Below are positions 7,792 to 15,864 of a stretch of 17,292 nucleotides of DNA, one piece after another (the first letter of the stretch is position 1; every line of letters starts with the position of its first letter). Location of the stretch: assembly GCA_964014485.1 (NCBI GenBank), contig CAXHAT010000167.1:1-17292 (forward strand), given 5' to 3'. Origin of the DNA: an uncultured Deferribacteres bacterium. Its GTDB lineage: Bacteria; Zhuqueibacterota; Zhuqueibacteria; Zhuqueibacterales; Geothermadaptataceae. The notes below the pieces were generated by a model, which was not told the DNA's origin, made no database searches, and saw nothing but the letters and a program-made list of their open reading frames with translations. A program made the position numbers and the translations under genes.

Positions 7792-8198
7792 TCACTGCCG
7801 GCGGAATCGGAAAACGCCTCCTCGACGGTAATAGACTGAATGAATGGTTCGTTTTCTGATGGCGGCTTGAACTTCGCGGGGTTGAATTCTTCCAGGTAAC
7901 GCACCTGCTCATCCTGGAGCTTTTCGCTCATGGCTTCGAGATTACGGCCTTCCACTGTGACGATGCAATCTGTGCATATCAGACTCGCGAATTGATTTGA
8001 CGTACAAATGATTCGCATGATGTAGGAATAGGCGATTATATGGATTGTTCCGTCTTTCAGACGGAGAGAAAGACGAATCTGTCTGGTTTTGGATTTATCC
8101 TCACCTATCGCTTTGTAGTCTGGCGAATCGCTCTGGCGAGCTTTTTCGGTCTTGGTTTCCGGGCGTTCGAGTAAGTCATCGAGCACGCTCTTGGCCAT
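7788..8198 (-). CDS. Hypothetical protein coupled to the relaxase gene
   Basis: 136 aa; GAGGAG RBS inside the mobA 3' end, overlapping it; globular core LRLKDG...AYSY...VEGRNL. Confidence 0.75.
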   Translation of the reverse strand: MAKSVLDDLLERPETKTEKARQSDSPDYKAIGEDKSKTRQIRLSLRLKDGTIHIIAYSYIMRIICTSNQFASLICTDCIVTVEGRNLEAMSEKLQDEQVRYLEEFNPAKFKPPSENEPFIQSITVEEAFSDSAGSE

Positions 8199-9111
8199 CC
8201 TTCTCCTCGGGTTTAAAGGAAGATGCGTATTTGTTGATTATAGCTGTCCGTAACTCTTTGGCTCTATCCTTCCATGCCTGGCTGTAGGTTTTCAAACGAT
8301 TGGCGAGTATGGAATAAAGCCGTCGCCTTTCCGGGCGTGGTGGATTTGCTTTATGTTGCTCGCGTGCTTTTTTTGCGCTTTTGAGTTTTTTGACATGTGG
8401 CAAGATATTGTTTTTGTGGAGAATTCTCCGATTGTTGTTTCCTCGCCTGCTGTTAATCTCCGCTTTTTCGAGAGCCGCCGCTTCCTTGCCAAGATGTTTA
8501 GTCGGAGTGCGGTCAATTCCTTGCGCTTCCAGAGTGCGGTGATCGATGCGAGCGTTTGAATTGGCCTCTCTCAGATAGCGATTACTATAGTCCGCCCAAC
8601 GCGCCCTCCAATATTGCAGTGAATCCTTTCTGTTCCAGTTACGGTTCTTCTTGCCGAATCCTTGTTCCGTTATTTCTCTCGTGGGCAGGAGTATGTGGGC
8701 ATGCGGGTTCGTTTCTCCATCGCGGGCGTTGGAAGTGTGGATTGCAACATCGGCGACCATGCCTTGAGAGACCAGTTCGTTCTTTACGAAGTCGCGCACA
8801 AGCGTTTTACGCGCTGTTCCGGAAAGCTCGCGGGGAAGCGCGACTTCGATTTCACGAGCTACCTGGGCATCCTTTCTTTTCTCCACTGCCTCGACATTGT
8901 TCCACAAAGCTTCGCGATCTTCCACCCAGTCCGGAGCATGACCAGGCGCAAGGATTTCAACGTGATGGACGTGTTGCTTCCGGGTGTAGTCAAGCGTCTT
9001 GTCCTGACGTTTGTCATAGAGCTTTTCGCCGCTTCGGTAGGCGGCGGCCGCAACGGCGGAATGGCTCTTGGAACGGGAGAAAACTTTGGCGGACAAATGA
9101 TAAATCGCCAT
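8176..9111 (-). CDS. mobA: MobA/MobL family (MOBQ) relaxase
   Basis: MAIYHLSAK..SRS...SAVAAAAYRSG (catalytic Tyr), REIEVALPREL, AIH...NPHAHIL (3H motif), RIDHRTLEAQGI; true start taken as 9111 rather than 9210. Confidence 0.96.
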   Translation of the reverse strand: MAIYHLSAKVFSRSKSHSAVAAAAYRSGEKLYDKRQDKTLDYTRKQHVHHVEILAPGHAPDWVEDREALWNNVEAVEKRKDAQVAREIEVALPRELSGTARKTLVRDFVKNELVSQGMVADVAIHTSNARDGETNPHAHILLPTREITEQGFGKKNRNWNRKDSLQYWRARWADYSNRYLREANSNARIDHRTLEAQGIDRTPTKHLGKEAAALEKAEINSRRGNNNRRILHKNNILPHVKKLKSAKKAREQHKANPPRPERRRLYSILANRLKTYSQAWKDRAKELRTAIINKYASSFKPEEKDGQERAR

Positions 9112-9193
9112 GTTCCGGACGGTATGTTTCAAAAAATTAATTGTGAGCGTTAGCGAACGCTCCAGCCTCTTCGGAAAAGCGAAGCTTTGGAGA

Positions 9194-9224
9194 AGAGCGC
9201 ACTTATACATTGCTTCGCAAAGTA
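9194..9224 (-). other. oriT (MOBQ-type nic site)
   Basis: Minus strand reads ...tactttgc-gaa-gcaatgta-TAAGTG^CGCTCT, matching the RSF1010/pIP501 core TAAGTG^CGCCCT preceded by an inverted repeat; predicted nick at 9200/9199. Confidence 0.85.
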
Positions 9225-9406
9225 GTGCGTTTTTCTCGTTAAAACAACTTGAAAAAGAAGAATTTCCCGGTCTATCGGGAAATGAAAAACGGCGATTTGC
9301 TTCTGCTCGGAAGGTTTCTGGGGGAAATGGGCGCAGAGATTTTTATCTATAGGTGCAATCTCTGTGTTTCCTTTGTTTTTGCTTTATTTAATTTCAGAGA
9401 AAGCTT

Positions 9407-10867
9407 ATGGGGCTTTTTAGCCGTTTAAGACGTACATCCGCGCCGCAAAAATTTGTGTCAAATGATCCGTTCGATCTACAGACACCCCTCCTCTATTTTT
9501 CCCAAAATGATCCCTGGCGTATTGGCGATGCTTGTGAAGGCTTGCAGATTTTTGGCGGTACCGGATCGGGTAAAACCTCTGGAAGCGGCCAGGCTGTGGC
9601 ACGCGCTTTCTTGAATCACGGTTTTGGCGGCCTGGTATTGACTGCCAAAAAAGATGAGCGCCGTGAGTGGGAGCGGTATATGCACGAAGCTGGTCGAAGT
9701 GAGCAGTTGCTCATCTTTTCTCCTTCCGGAGAGTGGCGTTTTGATTTTCTCAATTATGAAATGAGCCGTCCTGGTGTCGGTGCCGGTCAGACTGAAAATC
9801 TCGTCAATCTGTTTTCATCTGTAATGGAAATTGCCGAGAGAAAACAACAGTATGGCGGCGGTGATAGTTACTGGCAACGTGCCATGAAGCAATTGTTGCG
9901 CAATGCGATAGACTTGCTGGCGGTTGCCAAAGGCAAGGTTTCCTTGCCTGATTTGTACGACCTGGTCTCCTCGGCGCCGCAGAGCATCGCCGAATCCAAT
10001 AATGAAGACTGGCAAAAGCGCTCTTTCTGTTTTCAGGCTATTCTGGAAGGCGACCACAAGGCTGTGGAACCGATGCGAAAGCGGGATTTTGAGATGGCGG
10101 CTCGCTACTGGCTTTCGGAATTCCCCAAGCTGGCGGAGAAGACGCGCTCTATTATCGTTAACACCTTTACCACGATGGCGGACGGCTTTCTTCGCGGCAC
10201 GCTTCGAGAGCTTTTCTGCACCTCGATGAACTTTGCGCCGGAGATGTCCCTGGAAGGCGCTGTTATCTTGTTGGATTTGCCCGTTAAGGAATACGGGGAG
10301 TTGGGGCAGCTTTCGCAGGTGCTGTTTAAATATATCTGGCAACAGGCTATCGAGCGGCGGGACACTTCCGCCAATCACCGTCCGGTTTTCCTGTGGGCGG
10401 ACGAGAGCCAGAATTTCATTACCTCATATGACCGCGAGTTTCAAAGCACAGCGCGCAGCTCGCGCGCCTGTACGGTCTACCTCACCCAGAATCTACCTAA
10501 CTATTACGCCGAGCTTGGCGGCGAAAAGAGCCGTTCGGAAGCCGATGCGTTCCTCGGCAATCTCCAAACGAAGATTTTTCACGCCAATGGCGATCATACA
10601 ACGAACAAATGGGCATCCGAGCTGTTCGCGCAGAGTTGGCAACTGCGGGGCAATATGAATACGGGATTTTCCGAGACTGGCGGCGCTACCGGCGGTCAGG
10701 GAGCTTCGGAAAGCCTGGAATACGATGTTTTGCCGCAGGAATTTTCGACTTTGCGCAAGGGTGGCCATGTAAATGGTCTGTGCGTGGACGCGATCATTTT
10801 TCAGGGTGGTCGCGTTTGGAATAGAACAGGAAAAACCTTTATCAAATCAACATTTACTCAGGAGTGA
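9407..10867 (+). CDS. VirD4/TraG-like type IV coupling ATPase without N-terminal TM segments
   Basis: Walker A GGTGSGKT, Walker B FLWADESQ, RSS...VYLTQN, LGNLQTKIF...D..T...ASEL; divergent from the relaxase across oriT. Confidence 0.85.
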   Translation: MGLFSRLRRTSAPQKFVSNDPFDLQTPLLYFSQNDPWRIGDACEGLQIFGGTGSGKTSGSGQAVARAFLNHGFGGLVLTAKKDERREWERYMHEAGRSEQLLIFSPSGEWRFDFLNYEMSRPGVGAGQTENLVNLFSSVMEIAERKQQYGGGDSYWQRAMKQLLRNAIDLLAVAKGKVSLPDLYDLVSSAPQSIAESNNEDWQKRSFCFQAILEGDHKAVEPMRKRDFEMAARYWLSEFPKLAEKTRSIIVNTFTTMADGFLRGTLRELFCTSMNFAPEMSLEGAVILLDLPVKEYGELGQLSQVLFKYIWQQAIERRDTSANHRPVFLWADESQNFITSYDREFQSTARSSRACTVYLTQNLPNYYAELGGEKSRSEADAFLGNLQTKIFHANGDHTTNKWASELFAQSWQLRGNMNTGFSETGGATGGQGASESLEYDVLPQEFSTLRKGGHVNGLCVDAIIFQGGRVWNRTGKTFIKSTFTQE

Positions 10868-10870
10868 GAA

Positions 10871-11629
10871 ATGAAAGAACAGGTTAAGCTGGAACAGCAA
10901 GCTACGCTCATGATGATTGACCCCTACCATGCTCTGCGCACGTTTTTTATGTTCGTTCAGGTGGTAACAGGGTGGTTTTCTGTAACGATAGAAGTGTTTT
11001 TGCGCTACGATTTCGGTGAGCGCTATCTTGGCTGGCTTCGGCTTTATTTATCCTATCTGTTGCTGACTCTCTTTGTCTTTTTTAATGCACTTGCCCAGAA
11101 TTTAGGCGCGCTTTCCCTCTCGATGTTGTCGGCCTTTGTCATTGCAAGTCTTGTGCATCGGGGGATGATATTTGCCAGAAATCGCAGAAGAGTGAAGTGG
11201 CATAGCTATAGTCCGGGAATCGGTTTTCTTGACCTCGTGGTTTCCCGGTTTGTTCCTGAAGCGATCACCTATCGATTCATCGAGCCGATAGTGGTGTTTG
11301 CGGTCGGGGTTATGCTTGCGGGGGTGGATGCGACCTTTGGCTATTGGTGGAAGTTCGGCGCACTGGCAATGGCGATCCAGCGCCAGATCGATTACATTAA
11401 TCAGCGTAATGCTTACCTCAATATGATCGACGGCCAGATCGAGAGCCAGGAAATGAATGCGGTGCTGATCGAAAATAAGCCACTTAAAGAGACTTCGGGA
11501 TTTACCCTTGTTGCGGCGGATAGAAACATGCCAGTGGAAGAGAAAAAAGATTTGATGGCCATGTTGAAGGGTATCGATCCGTCGCTACAGAGCGCGATGA
11601 ATGACGTGAAGCAGGTAGCAAGCGGTTAA
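10871..11629 (+). CDS. Multi-pass membrane protein in the coupling-protein operon
   Basis: 252 aa, about 4-5 hydrophobic segments and a soluble C-terminal tail; starts 3 nt after the T4CP stop, GGAG RBS. Confidence 0.8.
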   Translation: MKEQVKLEQQATLMMIDPYHALRTFFMFVQVVTGWFSVTIEVFLRYDFGERYLGWLRLYLSYLLLTLFVFFNALAQNLGALSLSMLSAFVIASLVHRGMIFARNRRRVKWHSYSPGIGFLDLVVSRFVPEAITYRFIEPIVVFAVGVMLAGVDATFGYWWKFGALAMAIQRQIDYINQRNAYLNMIDGQIESQEMNAVLIENKPLKETSGFTLVAADRNMPVEEKKDLMAMLKGIDPSLQSAMNDVKQVASG

Positions 11630-11806
11630 ATATCGCCATGTTTAAGGCGTGCTGTAAACTTGGTTGTCGTTTTTATGTTGCAGGCGCTCACAAGAGCATC
11701 TCGTTCACGCCTGGTTTGGGCCTGGTATTATCGTTGCTACAGAAGTCATAAATTAATCATGTTTTTTATATTGATAGGACTAATTCGCAAGGAAAGGAGA
11801 TTGATG

Positions 11807-12163
11807 ATGTTTGATAAAGATAGAATGTTAAAGAAAGTGTGTCGGACAGGTGGGGAGATCGTTGGCGGTGTTTTCGGGTTTGCTGGCGGTGCTTTGGGGG
11901 GGACTGTGGTTGCCGCGAAAGATTTATGGGATGGAAAAAGTTTAAAGGAAGCAGGAAAGAGTTTTGAAGCCGAAATGGATAATACTTTTTGTGAAGCTGT
12001 GGATGAAGGGGGAGAGATTGGGGAAGAGTACGGGCCTAAAGCGGTGAAAGGGGCAGTAGCCGTAGGTAAAGCGTATATGAGTTACAAGACTTACCAGAAC
12101 TATAAAAAGTCAGAAAAGATGCTTGCGCAAAGTCGACAGAAACAGTTGGGTGCCGGAAGTTAA
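11807..12163 (+). CDS. Hypothetical glycine-zipper protein
   Basis: AGGAG RBS at 11795-11799 supports a start at 11804 or 11807 rather than 11660; GGEIVGGVFGFAGGALGG repeat. Confidence 0.7.
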   Translation: MFDKDRMLKKVCRTGGEIVGGVFGFAGGALGGTVVAAKDLWDGKSLKEAGKSFEAEMDNTFCEAVDEGGEIGEEYGPKAVKGAVAVGKAYMSYKTYQNYKKSEKMLAQSRQKQLGAGS

Positions 12164-12519
12164 CGCTGTTTTTGGTTTGGGGGTTGGTGTCTTTCTTGGT
12201 CGATCTCCTCTGTAAAACTTCTGTTAACATTGTTATGGCTGGATGATTGAGAGTTCGTATATTCAGTGGCTCCTGTGTCTTGTAACTCTTTTAGTTCGTT
12301 TTTTAGTTTACGGTCAAAATAGAGAGTCCCGGCTAAGTTGATAGCTTCGGCTCCCAAAATCCAGCTTTTTAGTTTTTGGGGCGCAAGGAAAATGAGCAAA
12401 ACATTAAGCACTGAAGTTATAGTAGAGACACCCCATACGGCGGAAAGTCCTTTAAATAGAATCCGTTCCTTTTCGGCACTATCTTCGAAGTTTGTCATGA
12501 AAGCATTGTAGCATGGCAC
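12160..12519 (-). CDS. Hypothetical membrane protein (two hydrophobic segments, polar tail; start may be 12498)
   Basis: Hydrophobic hairpin followed by a short coiled coil and an S/N/Q-rich tail. Confidence 0.6.
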   Translation of the reverse strand: MPCYNAFMTNFEDSAEKERILFKGLSAVWGVSTITSVLNVLLIFLAPQKLKSWILGAEAINLAGTLYFDRKLKNELKELQDTGATEYTNSQSSSHNNVNRSFTEEIDQERHQPPNQKQR

Positions 12520-12554
12520 GATTACAGCTTTATGACAATGGGGTAAGGCTCTGT

Positions 12555-13037
12555 TTATGGGGATTTTTTGTGTTTGTTTAGAGTAAATAAAATCCCTTTC
12601 TCAGCAAAGCTGAAATAGTCTTCTATTCCGATAATAATGTGATCGTAAAGCTCGATGCCCAGGAATTTCGCGCCTTCCTTGAGTTCGTGAGTGAATATTA
12701 AATCTTCGCGCGATGGCTCCGGGTCGCCGGATGGATGGTTGTGGACAACGATTATTCCCGTAGCGTTGACCATAACGGCGGTGCGCACGACCTCGCCCGG
12801 TCGCAGATAGACCGCGTTGACCGACCCAATTGCAACCACCTCATAACAGATAATTTTATTCCTGGCATCAATGCTGATCGCAATGAATTTCTCTTTCGTC
12901 TCGTTCTGCAGGTCGGAAAACATCTGAACGATGGTCTTGGGGTCGGTTGCAGAGCTGTCAATAACCTTGCTGTCAACCTGCTTGAATTTATAGTTGAGCG
13001 TGATTTCCCGCAGGTAGGTGTTTTTCTTGCTGTTCAT
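12555..13037 (-). CDS. radC: RadC-like JAB-domain protein (short, mobile-element type)
   Basis: E.F..I..D..N..I...G.V......P.EV.R.A...NA.GIIVVHNHPSGDPEPS.ED...T..L.....LGI.L.DHIIIG. Confidence 0.95.
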   Translation of the reverse strand: MNSKKNTYLREITLNYKFKQVDSKVIDSSATDPKTIVQMFSDLQNETKEKFIAISIDARNKIICYEVVAIGSVNAVYLRPGEVVRTAVMVNATGIIVVHNHPSGDPEPSREDLIFTHELKEGAKFLGIELYDHIIIGIEDYFSFAEKGILFTLNKHKKSP

Positions 13038-13175
13038 GGTTAGGTAAGATGTTCAACCGGAACCATGATCGCAAAAGGAAAGATGCGAATCCCCGTCTGT
13101 TATTTTTTTCTTTGAACTTTGGTATAAGAAAGATGTTCTTAAAGAAAGCGCCACCTGTCGGTCGTCATTTACCTA

Positions 13176-13295
13176 TCAGCATTTCTTTTTGATAGGCTTA
13201 GGCTTCGAGCGGTCATGCTTCTTAACAGTAACCGTTTTCGGCCCAGGTTTTTTCCCAGTCCGTGTGGGACGGCAAACTACCTTTTTCTTAGCCAT
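13176..13295 (-). CDS. 39-aa very basic peptide (not in ORF track)
   Basis: GAGGT RBS and ATG give MAKKKVVCRPTRTGKKPGPKTVTVKKHDRSKPKPIKKKC*. Confidence 0.6.
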   Translation of the reverse strand: MAKKKVVCRPTRTGKKPGPKTVTVKKHDRSKPKPIKKKC

Positions 13296-13458
13296 GATTT
13301 ACCTCTTTAGTTAACCGATGGCTTCATTGCCACCGCCCTTATCAGTGACGTAGGCTTATCGGCTAAAAGAGTTATGGCAAACACGATGACAGATGGCGCT
13401 TTTTGTATTATAAGCCAATGTGAAATATAAAAATTTCTTACATTGAGCGCAAGTTCAA

Positions 13459-14121
13459 TTACTGAAGCTTTTGTTTTAAAGCGACTCGCTGTAGAAGGTT
13501 ATAGACCGTTCCATAGTGCCAGGCGTTTTCCCGCGCGCTTGGAATTTCCCGTCTGTTCAGCTCGTCGCGAATCCCCCGGATCGTAGTGCATCCTGCCTTT
13601 TTAATATCCTCGATGACTGGTTTCATAGACTCCGCAAATCGATCCGCCTCTTTTTTGTTTTGGGGTGCAAGAACATCCTTCCCGTTTTTTCCTAATTCCA
13701 CACCTCGCGCTTTTGCGGCCGCAAGCGCCTTCTTGGTGCGCTCGCTGATCTGTTCCCGCTCATGCTCGGCAAAAGCGGCCAGCATATGCAACATGAGCCG
13801 GTTTGCGTGGGGATTGTCGCAACAGACGAAATCCACCCGGCTTTCCATCAAGCTCGCAATGAAAGCGACATTGCGCCCAAGCCGGTCGAGCTTGGCGATA
13901 ATGAGCACCGCCTTTTGTTTTTTGCAAGCCGAGAGCGCCGTATTCAATTCAGGGCGCTTGTTTTTGTGCCCGCTCTCTATCTCGGTGTATTCCTCGATTA
14001 AAACCCCGCCAGCGGCCTTTATATGGCCTTCTACGGCTTTTCGCTGTGCATCGAGTCCTAAGCCGCTTTTTCCCTGTTTGTCGGTCGATACGCGATAATA
14101 AGCAATGTAGTGTTTTCTCAA
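13459..14121 (-). CDS. Serine recombinase (resolvase/invertase family)
   Basis: YYRVST..Q..SGLGL.AQ, E.ESG....RPEL, KLDRLGR, AFAEHERE.ISERTK.AL..AKARG..LG. Confidence 0.95.
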   Translation of the reverse strand: MRKHYIAYYRVSTDKQGKSGLGLDAQRKAVEGHIKAAGGVLIEEYTEIESGHKNKRPELNTALSACKKQKAVLIIAKLDRLGRNVAFIASLMESRVDFVCCDNPHANRLMLHMLAAFAEHEREQISERTKKALAAAKARGVELGKNGKDVLAPQNKKEADRFAESMKPVIEDIKKAGCTTIRGIRDELNRREIPSARENAWHYGTVYNLLQRVALKQKLQ

Positions 14122-14157
14122 TAGTCTTGCCCGGAGTGTTCTAAGGATTCTGGTTTG

Positions 14158-14445
14158 TTAGTTGAGTTCGTATGGCCATTTCCGGGATGTGTGTAATACC
14201 CGCAGAATCTGGACTTCTTCTTTTCGTATCCGGTAGGGAAGGATATAAGGAAGCCCCGGAATAATGAGTTCTCGGATTTTGCCGCATGGACGAAGCCTGC
14301 CCATTTCCGGATGCTGTGCGAGTAGCGTAGCGATTTCGGTAATGGTTTGCCCCACTTTTCTTGAAGCATCAGGGTTGTGAGCCTGAATATAGGATTTTAT
14401 CATGATTAAATCATGGATGGCTTTATCAAGCCATGTTACTTGCAT
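14158..14445 (-). CDS. Type II toxin, RelE/ParE family
   Basis: V.W...A..DL..I..YI...NP.A......I......L..HP.MGR....G..RELII.GLPYI..YR.....V.ILRV.H..R.WP. Confidence 0.92.
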   Translation of the reverse strand: MQVTWLDKAIHDLIMIKSYIQAHNPDASRKVGQTITEIATLLAQHPEMGRLRPCGKIRELIIPGLPYILPYRIRKEEVQILRVLHTSRKWPYELN

Positions 14446-14735
14446 GTCGGCGGTGGAAGCTCTCTTTCACTTCCCCAACTTGAGAGCCATTTGGTGACTT
14501 CTTCGTTTGAGTGGAATTCTGCGGCTGGGTTATCAGCTCTCTTTAAGGCTGTTTCTATCTCTCGTTCCTGCCATTCCTGCAAATCTAAATACTGGTTGAT
14601 GGCTTCATTGACCACCCAGTTCCTCGACCGGCTCATTGTGTTGGCTATGGCATCAAGCCTGGCTTGCTTTTCCGGTGAGACGGCAACGCTCATCCTTCCT
14701 GTGTTACTGGCCATTTTCGACTGCTCCAGTCTCAT
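14436..14735 (-). CDS. CopG-family ribbon-helix-helix antitoxin (start may be 14714)
   Basis: RLDAIA..M.RSRNWVVNEAI.QYL....WQ..EI..AL..AD...EEV..WL.SWG...EL.PP; overlaps the toxin start. Confidence 0.88.
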   Translation of the reverse strand: MRLEQSKMASNTGRMSVAVSPEKQARLDAIANTMSRSRNWVVNEAINQYLDLQEWQEREIETALKRADNPAAEFHSNEEVTKWLSSWGSERELPPPTCK

Positions 14736-14793
14736 TAATCATTAGTAATCATACTATGATTGGGCAACGCCCGTCAAGAATACTTTAGTATCG

Positions 14794-14827
14794 TGATCAT
14801 ATATAAACGTGCGTTTATATATGATCA
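14794..14827. repeat. Perfect 16-bp inverted repeat
   Basis: tgatcatatataaacg-tg-cgtttatatatgatca, upstream of the TA-resolvase gene run. Confidence 0.85.
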
Positions 14828-14891
14828 AAATGAGTAAGCCAATATCTATTGACCTTATGTTTAGAAACAGTCTAACTAAACCAGATTGCCT

Positions 14892-15428
14892 TTATCTCCA
14901 TTTTCTTGGGTCGATGTAATTGCTTAAAATATAATCATATTCACTGTCAGCGATATCAAGGCTAATTGCAGAATATCTATTGCGGATATTTGGTTGATTT
15001 GCATCAAAAGTTATTTCTGCTTTTTTCCCTTCTGTTATGACGGTAATTGGAAAAGTATGGTTTTTGTTGTCAAATTCATAAATGAGAATATCACCTTTCA
15101 GGGCATAAAAAATATCTATATTTCCTGCCCCTTCTTTTGGCTTTATAAAAAAATCTGCCTTTTCCGATGAATGGTAGGCTGGAGTAATCCAACAAGATGT
15201 TCTGGATTTCCCGCACTCGTTCCTGCCTTTCCCCATAACAATTATTTCACCTCCTCCAAAAATTGGGCGTTCTCCTGCCGGTGAGTCTTTGATTTCAAGA
15301 GTGCAACTATCGCCTAAACGATAGATGGTTCCATTGAATTCTCTGATTTCAGCTTTACCTGTTAAGGCGTTGTTTTTCGTCAATAAAATATTTTGACCTA
15401 TAGACGAATAAGTAATCCGAAAACTCAT
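14892..15428 (-). CDS. Hypothetical beta-rich protein (weak FecR-like resemblance)
   Basis: 178 aa with strong AGGAGG RBS; AT-rich; LTG.AEI....GT.YRLG..C.LEI. Confidence 0.7.
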   Translation of the reverse strand: MSFRITYSSIGQNILLTKNNALTGKAEIREFNGTIYRLGDSCTLEIKDSPAGERPIFGGGEIIVMGKGRNECGKSRTSCWITPAYHSSEKADFFIKPKEGAGNIDIFYALKGDILIYEFDNKNHTFPITVITEGKKAEITFDANQPNIRNRYSAISLDIADSEYDYILSNYIDPRKWR

Positions 15429-15718
15429 TTTTCCTCCTTTTGGGCAGAGCTATAGTTTTGAGTGGGGAATTTAAGGTAAGATTCAGCTTTGAAGGTCGAA
15501 TTTACCTCAAAAAAAGCAACAAGCAATTGTATTAAGACCATTTGCAAAATTTAGTCTTGGCAAAACAAGATGTGACTGTCTTGTCAAAAACGAGAACACA
15601 AGCGATTTCAGGGTATGGAGTAATTGAAGGCGTGTATTTGAAATCAAAAGGAATGACTTTTTCCTGGTGTGTTCTGTTAAGCTGCTTGATGAGTATCTGG
15701 ATTTTGCTCCTGAAGGGT

Positions 15719-15826
15719 AAGGCATTTAAGCGCTTCCCTGAAGGAATCCCTTTATCATGAACTCTCCTTGCGCCTTCTACCATCTCTCACCCTTCGCCAG
15801 GAAGTCAAGGGGAAGAGCCTTTTCAA
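15719..15826. repeat. Diverged ~107-bp direct repeat, copy B (degenerate)
   Basis: Colinear similarity to 394-499; the main stem pairing of copy A is largely lost. Confidence 0.7.
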
Positions 15827-15864
15827 CTTTTTGGGACGATTTAGTGGGATGCTTCAGAAAAGGA

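Noticed and set aside
9112..9210. N-terminal extension of the relaxase in the ORF track
   Set aside because: MOBQ relaxases start at MAIYH (9111), and the extension overlaps oriT
8556..10768. Numerous long antisense or alternate-frame ORFs over mobA and the coupling protein (likewise over parA, rep and the resolvase)
   Set aside because: Shadow ORFs of well-supported genes, with no motifs
9407..10867. HerA/FtsK-type defence ATPase
   Set aside because: The C-terminal motifs and the position opposite a relaxase across oriT fit a VirD4-like coupling protein better, and no nuclease or sirtuin partner is adjacent
11660..11803. N-terminal extension of ORF 11660-12163
   Set aside because: TTG start without an RBS; a clear AGGAG precedes 11804/11807
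13459..14121. Tn3-family transposon or prophage integrase
   Set aside because: No transposase, terminal inverted repeats or phage genes seen; consistent with a plasmid resolvase
15507..15783. Three overlapping short ORFs (72-83 aa)
   Set aside because: No recognisable motifs, mutually overlapping, and the region overlaps the non-coding repeat copy B
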